A stretch of DNA of 64,000 nucleotides from Polyangiales bacterium (lineage in GTDB: Bacteria > Myxococcota_A > Polyangia > Polyangiales > JADJQN01), in contig CAXNJO010000002.1 of assembly GCA_964202905.1 (NCBI GenBank), forward strand, positions 704,001 to 768,000, given 5' to 3'. A model generated the notes under the pieces. It was not told the origin of the DNA and ran no database searches. It saw only the letters and a program-made list of their open reading frames with translations. Every line of letters begins with the position of its first letter. Position 1 is the first letter of the stretch. A program made the translations under genes and the position numbers. This document shows positions 50,701 to 61,442 of this stretch, one piece after another.

Positions 50701-51366
50701 CAGATCCGCGATTCGCTGCTCTCGACCGTCGAGGAGAAGGGCATCGCGAAGTCGCAGATCCAGATCCTCGCCGCGCTCACGCGCCTGCGGCAGGTGGCTT
50801 GCGATCCGCGCCTGCTGAAGCTCCCCGGCGACTTCGATCACGAGGAGAGCGGCAAGCTCAACGCACTCCGTGAGATCATCAGCGAGGCCGTGAGCGGCGG
50901 GCACCGCGTGCTCGTCTTCTCGCAGTTCGTCGAGATGCTGCGCCTCATCCGCGAGGCGCTCGATTCCGACGGCGTCGTCTACGAGTACCTCGACGGCAGC
51001 ACGCCGAGCGAAGAGCGGCAGGGCAAGGTCGACCGCTTCAACACGGACATGAGCGTCAACGCCTTCCTCATCTCGCTGAAGGCGGGCGGCACCGGCCTCA
51101 ACCTCACCGGCGCCGACACGGTCATTCACTTCGATCCGTGGTGGAACCCGGCCGTCGAGGACCAGGCGACCGACCGCGCGCACCGCATCGGCCAGACCAA
51201 GGTCGTGACCGTCTACCGCCTCATCGCGCGCGGCACCGTCGAGGAGAAGATCCTCCAGCTGAGCGGCAAGAAGCGCGCGCTCGTCGAGAACGTGCTCGCC
51301 TCCGAGGGCGCGGTGCTCAAGGGTCTCACGAAGCAGGACGTCGACGACCTCTTCAGCGAGGAGTGA
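47770..51366 (+). CDS. SWIM zinc-finger SNF2-family helicase
   Basis: CSCP...CKH (SWIM); LREYQ.EG, LADDMGLGKT, DEAQHIKN, LTGTPIEN, FSQF, SLKAGGTGLNL, DPWWNP, QATDRAHRIGQ. Confidence 0.93.
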   Translation: MAHTPMADNPMESPLEPGDEFDDERDERDERDEDDDDAPPAHAAHTHSASVIGGQIAKLSDRAIQRLVGGNAFIRGRVYARRSAVSELVAEGTSASARVRGRTDDPYTVHLAQAADGQVHSQCSCPAWKGPTGHCKHVAALLVALRDRERPARPKQAEPGPAAAAPAPQGAPTAVRDGLDDDERANGAGPGGAQTVSVGGKRRRSRRRRRGAAGEATPAAVPAAIETRVHAPAPDLGALRVPHAPQDRGGLDAWLAPDDASVRPVELEYRLVVRAASIAITPVLSGTRQPVPLVDALAAFNLIAVHDRALLRALARHVTRGTPATAELRGEDAAEVLSLLRGRRIVLEPASMELRFADEPLRPKLELDLATGPGHDGKSGPAVRVRVVFELARGGRRFPLSSGAWFEGTPSWHIDTTEGVARPIVDTVTPAWLQRLYRSPALVHPVTDLPRLLTDFVPRVANSLSTDLPELASVADLVDAPPHFQLKADGDLIEARARLKVVYQEQELDVPVAGLPSPLAFLPPVSRGLDTRAARPRIVRRDVGAELVALQQLLSLGFEPDAKAGDLVIRGDKAIAFWTEGVGSLPEDWDRFIPNDLVDVTIRTGAVSPRMRVSSGVDWLSLDMSFDVDGVAVDEDELRMCLEKGRRLVKLADGTYAPVQREQVGEVLARMAEIVASSGSRKKVPLSQAGRVQDLLRLVSDSIVATPTKEIFSKFGDVSNIESIAKPRQLKASLREYQKEGFSWLVFLHNMNTGGILADDMGLGKTLQTIALLCWLKQKDKKGLSLVVAPTSVVPNWQREIEKFAPQLTVVVWQGADRHEQAQAAAEADVLITSYSLLRRDEEFLGTLDLKYAILDEAQHIKNPLSATARAAKRLQSERRLALTGTPIENRLSEFWSIFDFVAPNMLGSLKVFEEQYGRPIERGDLESAQKLGATVRPFVKRRTKGEVEKDLPAKIEQEIIVPLAEEQSKLYKQMTKQIRDSLLSTVEEKGIAKSQIQILAALTRLRQVACDPRLLKLPGDFDHEESGKLNALREIISEAVSGGHRVLVFSQFVEMLRLIREALDSDGVVYEYLDGSTPSEERQGKVDRFNTDMSVNAFLISLKAGGTGLNLTGADTVIHFDPWWNPAVEDQATDRAHRIGQTKVVTVYRLIARGTVEEKILQLSGKKRALVENVLASEGAVLKGLTKQDVDDLFSEE

Positions 51367-51381
51367 CGCCGGTCATGCGAT

Positions 51382-51415
51382 TCGCGCATCGCGATTCGGG
51401 AATGGCGATGCGCGA
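51382..51415. terminator. Long hairpin between convergent genes
   Basis: TCGCGCATCGC / GCGATGCGCGA 11-bp stem with inner ATTC-GG-GAAT. Confidence 0.55.
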
Positions 51416-51475
51416 CTCCCGGATCGCACGATGCGCCACGCATGCAGCGCGGCCCGGTCGCGGCGCGCGGCGCCC

Positions 51476-53749
51476 TCAGGGCACCATCGGCGCGCGGGTC
51501 TCGGCGAGCTCCCACATGCGGAGGTAGCCCTCGGCCGAGCGGAACAGGGGCTCGAGGTCGGCATCCGTCGCGCCCGTGCGGCGCGCGTCTTCGATGAGCT
51601 CGGGCAGCAGCCCGATGTGCGAGAGGCCCTCGGTGTTGAAATCGACGACGCGCTCGCCGAGGTGCGGCTCCGTGAAGGTGACGTCGCCCGCGTACGAGTC
51701 GAACGGATAGGTGACGGGGTTGGTCTGCGGCTCGGAGCAGCCCGCACGCTCGCCGAAGCGCGGCCCGGGCGCCCCGGCGAAGCCGTTCAGGTCGAAACCG
51801 AAGCCCTCGGCGGGGTAGCCGCCGACGGCCGCGATGTCCCGCGCGGCGTTGACGATTCCGTCCGCCATCGAGCCGGGGCGCGCCGGGTCCGCGCAGCGGC
51901 CGAGACCTGACTTCGAGATGCCGCCGAGCGCGTAGAGGCGCCCGTTGTTGGTGTTGCCGTGCGTGCCCGCGGCCGGGTAGCGGTTCGCCTCGAGGAGCTC
52001 GAACACGCGCTGGTACGAGCGCTGCGGGAGGTGATCGATCTCGAGGATCATCCCGCGGCGCATCATCTCGCGGACGAGCACCTCGCCGAGCGCGCTGAGC
52101 CCGTGACTCTGGCAGTAGTCGCCACGGAGCGGACCGGAAGAAATCTGGCTGAGGAAGGGGACGAGCGTCGCGACGGGCGCCTCCGCGAACCCCGTCATGT
52201 CGTTGGGCGGTGCGGAGGCGAACTCCGCGCGCGGCATGTTCAGACCGCCGAGCTCGACGTCACCGCGATCGAAGACGGTGGGGAGATCCGGGCAGTCCTC
52301 GGTGTAGCTCGACCAGTGGCCGCTGTTGATGAAGCCGCCGATCTCGCCGATCGGGCGGTCGCCGTCGCCGGCGGAGAAGGCGTTGTCGTACTTGTGCACG
52401 GGGAAGATCGCGCGCACGCCGAGGTCGTAGTAGCGCTGCACCTGCGCGGCGACGTACGCCGCGTCGCACGTGGGGAAGCCCTCGCGCGGGACGAGGAAAC
52501 AGTCGAAGAGGTTGGAGGTCTCGATGCCGAGCAACACGGCGAGCTTGCCCTCCGCGATGACCGCGCGCGCCTCCGCGGGCGTCTTGACGACGCGGAACCA
52601 GCCGCGTCCCGGGCCGCCGCTCTGAGCGTCGATGTAGCGCTCGAGGTTGAACGTCTCCTCGATGCTGCGATCGACCGCGACCATGTCGTTGCACGAGTAG
52701 CGGACGCGGTGGACGCCCTGCCCCGTGAAGAGGTCACAGAGCACGGAGTTGGTCGTCGCGTGCTGCACGAGCAGGCGCAGCCCGCCGAGGTACGCGCGCT
52801 CGAGCCAGCGGTAGTACATCGTCTGGTGCGTCGAGCTGAAGGGCGCCGCGGGCCACGCGGTGAACGCCGGGTAGCCCGCCGTCTCGTGGTTGAAGCCAGG
52901 CGTGCGCCCCGAGAGCAGCGTGGGCAGCAGCGCGTCGACGTCCAGCCCCCCGGAGATCCCCTGATCGAAGGCGTAGCCGAGCAGGTCACGGCGCCCGCCG
53001 GTGCCATGGAAGATCGAGCAATCCGGCAGCGCATGCTCGACGCCGAGCCGGTGGAAGGGCGCGCCGTGCGCGATGCCACCGCCGCCGAAACCGAAGCTCG
53101 TCATCATGTGCGCGTGCGTGTCGACGATGCCGAAGAGCGAGCCGTCGGCGAAGGTGCGCGGCTCGACGGCGCCCGTCGCGTCGAGGGTCAGTTCGGGGTG
53201 GGCGCGGCAGCCCTCGGCCGGATAGAGCGCGACGACCGCGGCGCCCGACGCGTCGCCCGTGAGCGTGCCCGCCCGCGTGAGGAACTTCTCGCTCTTGCGG
53301 TGCCGCAACTGGAAGCGCTCCGGGTCGGTCGGCGCGGCCTGCAACGCCCACTCCGCGCCCGACACGTACGAATCGTCGACCGTCAGCACGTCGGACATCA
53401 GCGCGTCTTCGCGGAGAAGCGGGCCATCCTCGGCCACGAGGTAGCGCCCCTCGGCGTCGTAGAAGAGGTACGTGCCGAGGTCGGACGCCTTCAGGAAGAA
53501 GCGCGCGCCGGTCTCGGCCGTGCGCGCGGTGAAGCGGAACGCCGCGCCCGACTCCGTCGCCGCCAACCAGCGCGTGTCGTCGCTGCCGGGGTCCGTCGCG
53601 TCGAGGGCGTAGCAGCCGTCCGCGAAGGCGTAGAGGCCCTCGTTCGCCGGGGGCGGAGGCCGCAGGACCGGCGGCTCCGCGGCCGTCTCGCAGGAGGCGA
53701 CGAGGCCGAGCACGAGCGCGGAGCAGACGAGGCGAGGGCGAATCGACAT
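51476..53749 (-). CDS. Lipoprotein amidohydrolase (membrane-dipeptidase-like fold; sphingolipid ceramide N-deacylase-like)
   Basis: VASC lipobox; DTHAH, GYP.F..WP, THQ.MYYRWLERAYLGGLRL, YIDAQ.GGPG.GWFRVV, GKLAV.LGIE, VHKYDN, IDH, GFDLNG, GL.H.GLLP. Confidence 0.75.
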   Translation of the reverse strand: MSIRPRLVCSALVLGLVASCETAAEPPVLRPPPPANEGLYAFADGCYALDATDPGSDDTRWLAATESGAAFRFTARTAETGARFFLKASDLGTYLFYDAEGRYLVAEDGPLLREDALMSDVLTVDDSYVSGAEWALQAAPTDPERFQLRHRKSEKFLTRAGTLTGDASGAAVVALYPAEGCRAHPELTLDATGAVEPRTFADGSLFGIVDTHAHMMTSFGFGGGGIAHGAPFHRLGVEHALPDCSIFHGTGGRRDLLGYAFDQGISGGLDVDALLPTLLSGRTPGFNHETAGYPAFTAWPAAPFSSTHQTMYYRWLERAYLGGLRLLVQHATTNSVLCDLFTGQGVHRVRYSCNDMVAVDRSIEETFNLERYIDAQSGGPGRGWFRVVKTPAEARAVIAEGKLAVLLGIETSNLFDCFLVPREGFPTCDAAYVAAQVQRYYDLGVRAIFPVHKYDNAFSAGDGDRPIGEIGGFINSGHWSSYTEDCPDLPTVFDRGDVELGGLNMPRAEFASAPPNDMTGFAEAPVATLVPFLSQISSGPLRGDYCQSHGLSALGEVLVREMMRRGMILEIDHLPQRSYQRVFELLEANRYPAAGTHGNTNNGRLYALGGISKSGLGRCADPARPGSMADGIVNAARDIAAVGGYPAEGFGFDLNGFAGAPGPRFGERAGCSEPQTNPVTYPFDSYAGDVTFTEPHLGERVVDFNTEGLSHIGLLPELIEDARRTGATDADLEPLFRSAEGYLRMWELAETRAPMVP

Positions 53750-53854
53750 GGGCGCAAGCCTACGTGAGGCGGCACGGTGGCGTCGACCAAACGCGCAGCG
53801 CCTGCATCGCGCGCGAAGCGGGCCGGCATGCGCCAAAACCCCTCGCGAAACCAA

Positions 53855-53889
53855 CGAGAAAGGCCGGGAGACTCACGCCCCCCGGCCCT
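53855..53889 (-). terminator. Intrinsic terminator after the 53916-56133 gene
   Basis: Minus strand GGCCGGGGG-CGTGAG-TCTCCCGGCC followed by TTTCT. Confidence 0.55.
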
Positions 53890-53915
53890 CGGCTCGATGC
53901 CGCGCGTCGCCCCGA

Positions 53916-56133
53916 CTACAGGACGTCGACGAGCACCTGGTACGCGCCGCCCGGCGAACCGAAGCCACCCGAGCGCCGCGTGCGGATGTAGTACGAGCCC
54001 GCCGGCAACACGCCCGTCGTGAGCGACGAGCAGATCATGGCGAGACCCCCGTTGTCGTCGGAGGCGACGGCCATCGGCATCGAGCCGTCGAGCTCCGCGC
54101 ACGTCGACGTCACGCCCGAGAACACCTCGACGAGCGTGTCCGCCGTGCAGCCACCGGCGCCGTTGCTGGTCGAGATCGCGAGGCGCGCGGGCGCGGCGAG
54201 CCGCACCTCGAAGGTGTCGACGTCCGCGGCGCCGCCCACAGTCAGCTCGCCCACGAAGAGCGTGTCGCCGGTCGAGGGGCCCTGCGCGTCGCAGAACGAG
54301 GCGTTCGGCGCCGCGTCGTTGATGACGGAGACCGCGCTACACGTCCCGCCGAGGCAGGCGGTACCGGCGGCGCAGCGCGTGCTCGTCGAGGCCGCGTCAC
54401 ACGCGGCGCCCGCCGCCACCGTGGTGATGACGTTGATGGTCACGTTGTAGGAGCCGCTCGCGTCGACGATCACGTAGTAGCGGCCCGCGGGCACCTCGGC
54501 GGTCGTGACCTCGAGGCGTGCGCCACCCGTCGTGTCGCAGACGAGGTCGGCCGTCGGGCCGCACGCGCCGGCGCCGCGGATGTAGAGGGTGCTGCGGCCA
54601 TCGACCATGCCGCGCGCGCGGGCCGTGATGACGCCCGGCGCCGCGAGATCGACGAAGTACAGGTCCTCGTCGAAGCCCACGTCCGCGCCGCAGGTCGGCG
54701 CGAGATCATCGACGGCGCCCGCGCCGCCGAGCGTCGCGGTGACCGCGGTGCCGAGCATGGCCGCCTCGGCCGTCGTGCAGATCGCGGCCGCCGGATCGAC
54801 GCACGTGGCCGCGCCCCCATCGCCCGCACAGGAGAAGCCGTCTTCGCAGCGATTGTCGAGGCCCTCCGGATCGCACGCGCCACCGCCACCGACGATGGCG
54901 CGCAGCCGCGCGGAGACCTCGAACTCGCCCTCGAGCACGTCGCCCGGCGCGGTTGCCGAAGCCGTCGACGAGCACGAAGTACTCGCCGGCCGCGTTCGGC
55001 ACGACGACCTCTTCCGGCGCGTCGGTGTTCGCGTCGGCGCAGCCCACGGCGCTCCCCACATCGCCGCACGCCGACTCGATCGTCAGCACCGGGTCGAAGT
55101 TGTCCGCGGCGTAGTTCGTCGGCGCGACGGTGACGACGAGGTCGTGCATGCCGGCCGGCACCGTCACGCGGAACGCGCGCTCGGGCGAGTCGCCGTCGCG
55201 CGAGCAGGACGGCGCGTAGCGGTTCTCGGCGCCGACGGTGGTGCCGCCGATGGGCGCGGCGCCGAGCGTGAGCGTGCGCGCCGCATCAACGCAGATCGAC
55301 TCGGGCGTGCGGCAGAGGAAGGCGCCCGCGGCGTCCGCGGTGCACTCGGCGCCGTCCACGCAGACCCCCGTCGCGCCCATCGGATCGCACGGGCCGCCGA
55401 CCGCGATGCGCGTCGTGACGGTGAGACCGAGTTCGTACGCGCCGGACTCGCCGCCCGCGCCATCGACGAACGCGAAGTACGTGCCCGCGGGCAGCGACGA
55501 GAGCGTGAGCGTGTCGCCGGCGGGCGCGGCCGACTCGCAGCCGAGCTCGCTCGTGCGGCTCGCGCAGTCGCTGCGGACGTAGAGCGCCGCGTTGAAGTCG
55601 GTCGCTGCGGCATCCGTCGTGAGCGTGACGTCCGACTCGGCGTAGAGGGTGAAGAAGAACGTGTTCTCGCCGGCCGTGCCGCCGCCGCACGAGCCGCTCG
55701 CCGCGCTCATCGTGCCGCCCGTGTCGCCGCGCACCGTCGCGCCCGCGATGAGTTCACGCGGCGCCGCGCCTCCCGGACACACATCCGACTCGACCGTGCA
55801 CGAGGCGTCACAACCATCCCCTGTCGTGGTGTTCCCGTCGTCGCACTGCTCGGGCGCGACGAGCACGCCGTCGCCGCAGACGTTCGGCGGACCGGCATCG
55901 ACGAAGCCGAGATCCGGCTCGCCGAGATCGACGTCGATCGGGCCGCCGTCGACATCGGGTCCCCCATCCAAGGGAACATCGCCGTCGGGGATCACGGCAT
56001 CCGGAAGGTCTCCGTCCACCATCGAGACGGCGCCGTCTTCGGTGTCGGCGACCTTCGATGACGAGCAGCCCGCGCTGAGGAGCACGGGCGCGGCGAGACA
56101 TGCTGCGAGGAAGACAAGGGTATGGTGGCGCAT
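53916..56133 (-). CDS. Lipoprotein with a Myxococcus Cys-rich repeat and four PPC/DVUA0089-like domains, frameshift near 54950
   Basis: SAGC lipobox; CGDGV....EQCDDGN...GDGC...C; repeated LPAGTYFAFVDG, AGEYFVLVDG, PAGRYYVIVD, LPAGSYYIR; ORFs 54706-56133 and 53916-55061. Confidence 0.75.
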
Positions 56134-56206
56134 GGGTTTCCCTTCGGAGAGACGGCGGCGAAGCTAGCACGCGCCGCGGTGCGCCACGGGGCACCCCCCG
56201 CGAGGT

Positions 56207-59200
56207 TCAGGGGGCGATGGCGAAGGCGTCAACCCCGAAGCCGTCGTCGGTGAGCGTCGCGTCGGAGTTGAACACGAAGCGGAAGCGCACGAGCGGGCGA
56301 CCGGCGACGCCGGCGAGCGGATGCGAGGCCGTGCGCCACGCGCCCGACATGCCGGTGTTGCCGCTCCACGTGTCGGTCGCCGCATCCGAGTACCAGTTCG
56401 TGCCCGTAGCGGCGCTGCCGAGCTTCGTCCAGGTCAGCCCGTCGGTCGTGACCTCGAGCCAGCCCACGTCGCCCATTGCACGCGTGCGGAAGATGTGGAG
56501 GAACGAGACCGTCCGGATCCGCCGTCACCGCGCCGAAGTCGAAGCACGGCGACTGCAGGTAGCTCAGTTCGCTGTTGTTGTGGTTGCCGCCGAGGCTCGT
56601 CGCCCAGGCGCGGGTGCCCTCGCCTGCGCGGCTGGTGAACGTCGTGCTCCCCGGGATGCCGCGGGCCCACGAGCTCGCCGTCCCGCTCGCCGCCCAGCCG
56701 CCCGCGGTCACCTCGAAGCCCTCGAGGTAGGCGGGCGTGGCGGCGAGCACCGTGCTCGCGCCGATCGTGAACGACGCGGTCGCGCCATCGTTCACCAGGC
56801 TCGTGTCGCCGGCGACGGACACCGAGCCCGTCACCGTGCGTGCGCCCACGGTGAGCGCGAACGGCGTCGCGAACGTGTGCACGTAGGTCTCGCCGGGGCG
56901 CAGCGTGCGCGTGACCATCTCCGTCACGGGCGTGCCACCGTCGACCGCGTACGACAGCGTGAAGGCGCCGACGTTCGTGGTGCCGTCGTTGCGGACCGTC
57001 GCGCGGATCGGGAGCTGCGCGCCAGCGCACGCGACGGGCGGCGTCGCCTCGAACGCGGAGAGCGCGAGGTCGACGATCTGATCGGCCACGCGCACGTCGT
57101 CGATGCCGAAGCCCTCGTACTCGATGCTGCCGTCCGAATCGAACACGAAGCGCAGGCGCACGTCCGCGCGACCGGCGACGCCGCTGACCGCGAGCGACGC
57201 CGTGCGCCACACGCCCGACGCGCCGCTCATGCCGCTCCACCACTGCCGCGTGGTGTTCGTGTACCAGTTCGAGCCCTCGCCGACCGCGCCGACCTTGCGC
57301 CAGGTCACGCCGCCATCGACCGACACCTCGAGCCAGCTCCCGTCGGGGAAGGCCTCGGTCTCGTAGATGTGCGAGAAGGACACGCGCACCGTCGCCGCGT
57401 GATCGTGCCGAGAGATCGATAGGCGGCGAGGTGAGGTACGAGAGTTCGTTCGCGTTGTAGTCGCCCGCGAGGTTCGTCACCCACGCGTTGTTCCCCGAGG
57501 CCGCGCGCGGGATGAACGTGCCCGCAGGCCGGCCCCACGCCCAGCTCGAGGACGTGCCGCTCGCCGTCCAGCCGCCGGCGCCGGCCTCGAAGTCCTCGAG
57601 GTACTCGAAGCGGGGACCGCAGAGACCGCTCGCGTCCGGGAAGAGCGTCACGTCACCGTCGTTGCAGTCGAGGTCGCAGGCGACGCCGTCGCGGTCGCCG
57701 TCGACGAGCGCGTCGCTCGTCGCGGGGTCGCAGTCGTCGTCGAGCGTGTTGCCGCAGAACTCGAGCGCCGCCGGCGAGACGCGGGCGTTGGCGTCGTCGC
57801 AGTCGCCACAGCTCCCGACGCACGCGGCGCCGCACGCGATGTCTGCGAACCCATCGCGATCGTCGTCCTCGCCGGGGCCATCGAGGAGCGTGTCGCAGTC
57901 GTTGTCGACGCCGTCACACAGCTCGGTCCCGCCCGGCCGCACGGTCGCGAACGCGTCGTCGCAGTCCACGTTGCAGAGGGAGCCGTCCCCGTCGCCGTCG
58001 AAGCGATCCGGGGTCACGGCGTCGCAATCGTCGTTCAGCGTGTTGTTGCAGATCTCGGGGCAGGTCGGACACGTCGTCGCGCGGAAGTCGTCGCAGTCCT
58101 CTTCGCAGCTCGCAGCCGTCGCGATCGGCGTCGAAGACGTCCGGCCGTCCCGGGGTCGCAGTCGTTGTCGATCGCGTCGCCGCAGAGCTCGCGCGTCAGC
58201 GGGCTGCGCAGCGCGTCCGCGTCGTCGCAATCGAAGTTGCACGTCGAGCCGTCCATGTCGGCGTCGAGCGCGTCGCGCGTGGCGCGGTCGCAGTCCTCGT
58301 CGACGCGGTTGCAAGGGATCTCGGGCATCCCGGGGCGCACCATCGGATCTTCGTCGTTGCAGTCCGTCCCCCCGCACGCCTGATCCGTCGCCCCGTCGAG
58401 GTCGAGGTCGTCGCACATCGAGCAGAGCGGCGTCGCCGCGCAATCCGCGGCGCAGTTCGAGCAGGTCTCGCCGGCCTCGCACATCCCGTTGCCGCAACTC
58501 GAGGGCTCGCGCAGACACCCCGCGGTACACGCATCTCCGTTGATGGTATTTCCGTCGTCGCACTCCTCGTCGGCCACGCCGTTGACGCGCCGATCGCCGC
58601 AGATCACCGCCGTGCAGTCGGCGTCGCACTCCGCGGAGTCGCCGCCGTCGTCGCACGCCTCGCCCGCGTCGAGCCGGCGATCGCCGCAGACGGGGCCGCT
58701 CGACGTGCAGACGGACGGCGTGCCCGTGCACGTCCAGCCGGACTCCACCGAACAAAACGCGCTGCAGCCATCCCCCGCCGCCGCGCCGAGATCGTCGCAC
58801 GCCTCGAGCCCGGTGACGAGACCATCACCGCACACCGCGCCGCCGCGCGGCACCTCTCCGCGCGAGGTGCAGCCCACGAGCAGCGCGCCGCCGACGACGG
58901 CCACGCCGACCAGGGCGCGCTGCGTCGTCGCGCGCGGCGACAAGCCCCGCGCGCGACGGCGACGCCGCACGCCCACCACCGCCGCGAGCCCCGCGAGCGC
59001 CAGCATCGCGGCCGCGCCGGACTCCGACGACGCCGGCGCCCCCGGCGCGCTGCACGCGCAGCCGCTCGCCTCCGCGGGCGGCGCGGTGAGGCGGCCCGCG
59101 TCCGGGGTGCCGCCCAGGTCGCTCCCCATCGTGCCGCCGTCGACCTGCGGCGTGCCCGCGTCGACCATCGGCGGCGGCGGCGGGACCAGACACTCGCCGC

Positions 59201-60599
59201 GCTCGCAGCGCTGCCCGGCGGGGCACACGACACCATCGCACGCGTTCGCGCAGCGCCCCTCGCGGCAGACGCGCCCCGGCCCGCAGCGCACGCCGAGACA
59301 CGCCTCCGCCACACACGCGCCCGTCTCCTCGCAGGCCTCGCCCGCGGGGCAGCCGTCCACCTCGCAGCGCGTGCGGCAGGTGCCCTCGGCGCAGACCTCG
59401 CAGGCGCCGCACTCGACCGCCGCGCAGAGGTCCTGACAGCTGCCGCCGACGCAGTTCTGACCCGGCGGACACACGATGCCGCCGCACACGCCGACGCACG
59501 TCCCCGCGACGCAGCGCTCGCCGCCCGGACACGTCACCGTGGCGCAGGCATCCTCTTCGCAGACGCCCGCAGGCGAGCACGTGAAGCCCGTGTCGCAGCC
59601 GCCCTCGAAGCACGGCCGGATGCAGCGCCCGGCCACGCACACGTCGACGTCGCCGCAGAGTCGCGGGTCCTCGTCGACCGCGCCGTCGCAGTCGTTGTCG
59701 AAGGCGTCGCAGACCTCGGGTCCCGCCGCGACGATCGGCTGGCACTCGATTCCCGCGCGGGCGCAGCGCGTCCGGCCCTCGGCGCAGACGCCGACCGCGC
59801 CGTCGATGGTGCACGGGTCACCCGCGTCCGGGCACTCGATCACGCCGCGTCGGATGCGGAAACGCCACACCCCCGGCTCACCCACGTTGGAATCGTCGCA
59901 GACGACGCGGCTGATCCCCGCCATGCGCGACCCCATGATGGAGACGAAATCGGCGAGGTTGCCGGCGTCGAAACCGACCTGCGCGGGCGTGCCGCCGAAG
60001 CCGCCCGTGCCGCCGCTCGCGTCGCCCGTCTCCCACCCGCACTGCGTGTAGCGGAACTCGACGTCGAAATCGCCGGGGATGCCGCAGTAGCGGGCCTCGT
60101 TGAGGATCAGCTGGAAGGTCATCTGCCGCGAGTCGTCGCAGCTGAAGTACCCCACGCGATCCCAGGTCACGACCATGCGCCCCGGCTCGAGGTGCCACCA
60201 GACGCCGTTGGTCGTCGGGCTCGCGCAGCCGCGGTCCCCGCCGAAGCCGGCGCACGTCGCGCCGCGGATGTCGACGTCGGCCCAGTAGGGCGCGATCATC
60301 GGGCGATCCGCGACGGGGAAGGCCGTCGGCGTGAACGTCGAGAGCGGCCCGGCGAACGTGATGTTGCCGTTCGTGTTCACGTAGCCCGTCGTGTGCCGAA
60401 TGCCGAAGAACTCGAGCCCGCCCGGGAAGGCGGTCGTGAGATCGATGAGCCGCGACGAACCATCGTCGTTCGTCGACAGGCAGTCGGTGCCGTAGCCGCG
60501 CGCGCCGCCGAGCGTGTCGACGAGGGTCGGCTGCGCGAGGGCGCGCGCAGGCAGGAACGAAGCGAGGGCGGCGAACAGGCAGAAAGCGATTCGGTTCAC
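56207..60599 (-). CDS. Large surface protein: NIDO domain, Cys-rich repeats, MYXO-CTERM, second lipobox, Cys-rich/DCDD repeats, two beta-sandwich domains and a CARDB-like domain; indels near 58100-58145, 57400 and 56480-56520
   Basis: GGAG plus GTG 60599; NDDGSS, YVNTNGNITF, IAPYWADVD, VTWD.VG, TFQLIL (nidogen-like); GCAC-TM-RRRRR; LLVGC; CGDG and DCDD...PG..ELCDGVDNDCD repeats; two EdFE...GGW.ASG..SSWA.G.P domains. Confidence 0.7.
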
Positions 60600-60768
60600 G
60601 GTGCGCTCCAGGGCGGCAAGCAGGGCACGCGCGCGGGGCGGGACGCTCACGCGGCGCGGGGGAAGACGCTATCACGGCGTGTGACGCGCGCGCAGCGGCG
60701 CGGTGTCGGACACGGGGCGGCGGACCCACGGGGACGGGGCGTGATCCAGCGCGATATGCTCGGCGCCC

Positions 60769-61401
60769 ATGACGAACGCCTCCACGATCGAGCTCTTCTT
60801 CGACATCGGCTCCCCCTACAGCTACCTCGCCGCCGCCGAAGTCGGCGCGCTCTCAGCGCGCACGGGCGTGCCGGTCCGCTGGCGGCCCTTCCTGCTCGGC
60901 GCGGTGTTCAAGGCGAGCGGCAACGACATGCCCGCCCGCGTCGCGGCGAAGGCGCGCTGGATGCTCGGCGACCTCACCCGCTGGGCCACGCTCTACGGCA
61001 TCCCCTTCCGCATGTCGTCGCGCTTCCCGCTGAACACGCTCCGCACGCAGCGCGCGATCGCGGCGGTGGCGCTCGCGGCGGGCGAGCAGGCCATTCCCGA
61101 CTTCGCGCTGGCGCTCTTCCGCGCGTACTGGGTCGACGACCGCGACGTGTCCGCCGACGCCGAGATCGCCGGCATCGCCGCGGGTGTCGGGCTCGACGGC
61201 GCCGCGGTCGTCGCCGCGATCGACGCACCGGCCACGAAGGACGCGCTCCGCGCGAGCACCGAGGAAGCCGTCGCGCGCGGCGCCTTCGGTGCGCCGACGC
61301 TGTTCTGGGAGGACGCGATGTTCTGGGGCAACGACCGCCTGCTGCTGCTCGAGGCCGCGATCACCGGCGACGACGGCGTGCGCGCGCGGCTCGGGACGTG
61401 A
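60769..61401 (+). CDS. DsbA-like 2-hydroxychromene-2-carboxylate isomerase / kappa GST family protein
   Basis: FFDIGSPYSYLA, WRPFLLG.VFK, FPLNTL, GAFGAPT, FWGNDRL. Confidence 0.9.
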   Translation: MTNASTIELFFDIGSPYSYLAAAEVGALSARTGVPVRWRPFLLGAVFKASGNDMPARVAAKARWMLGDLTRWATLYGIPFRMSSRFPLNTLRTQRAIAAVALAAGEQAIPDFALALFRAYWVDDRDVSADAEIAGIAAGVGLDGAAVVAAIDAPATKDALRASTEEAVARGAFGAPTLFWEDAMFWGNDRLLLLEAAITGDDGVRARLGT

Positions 61402-61442
61402 GCGGGGCGCGGCGGCAGCGCCGTCGTCTGCGGCCCAGCATC

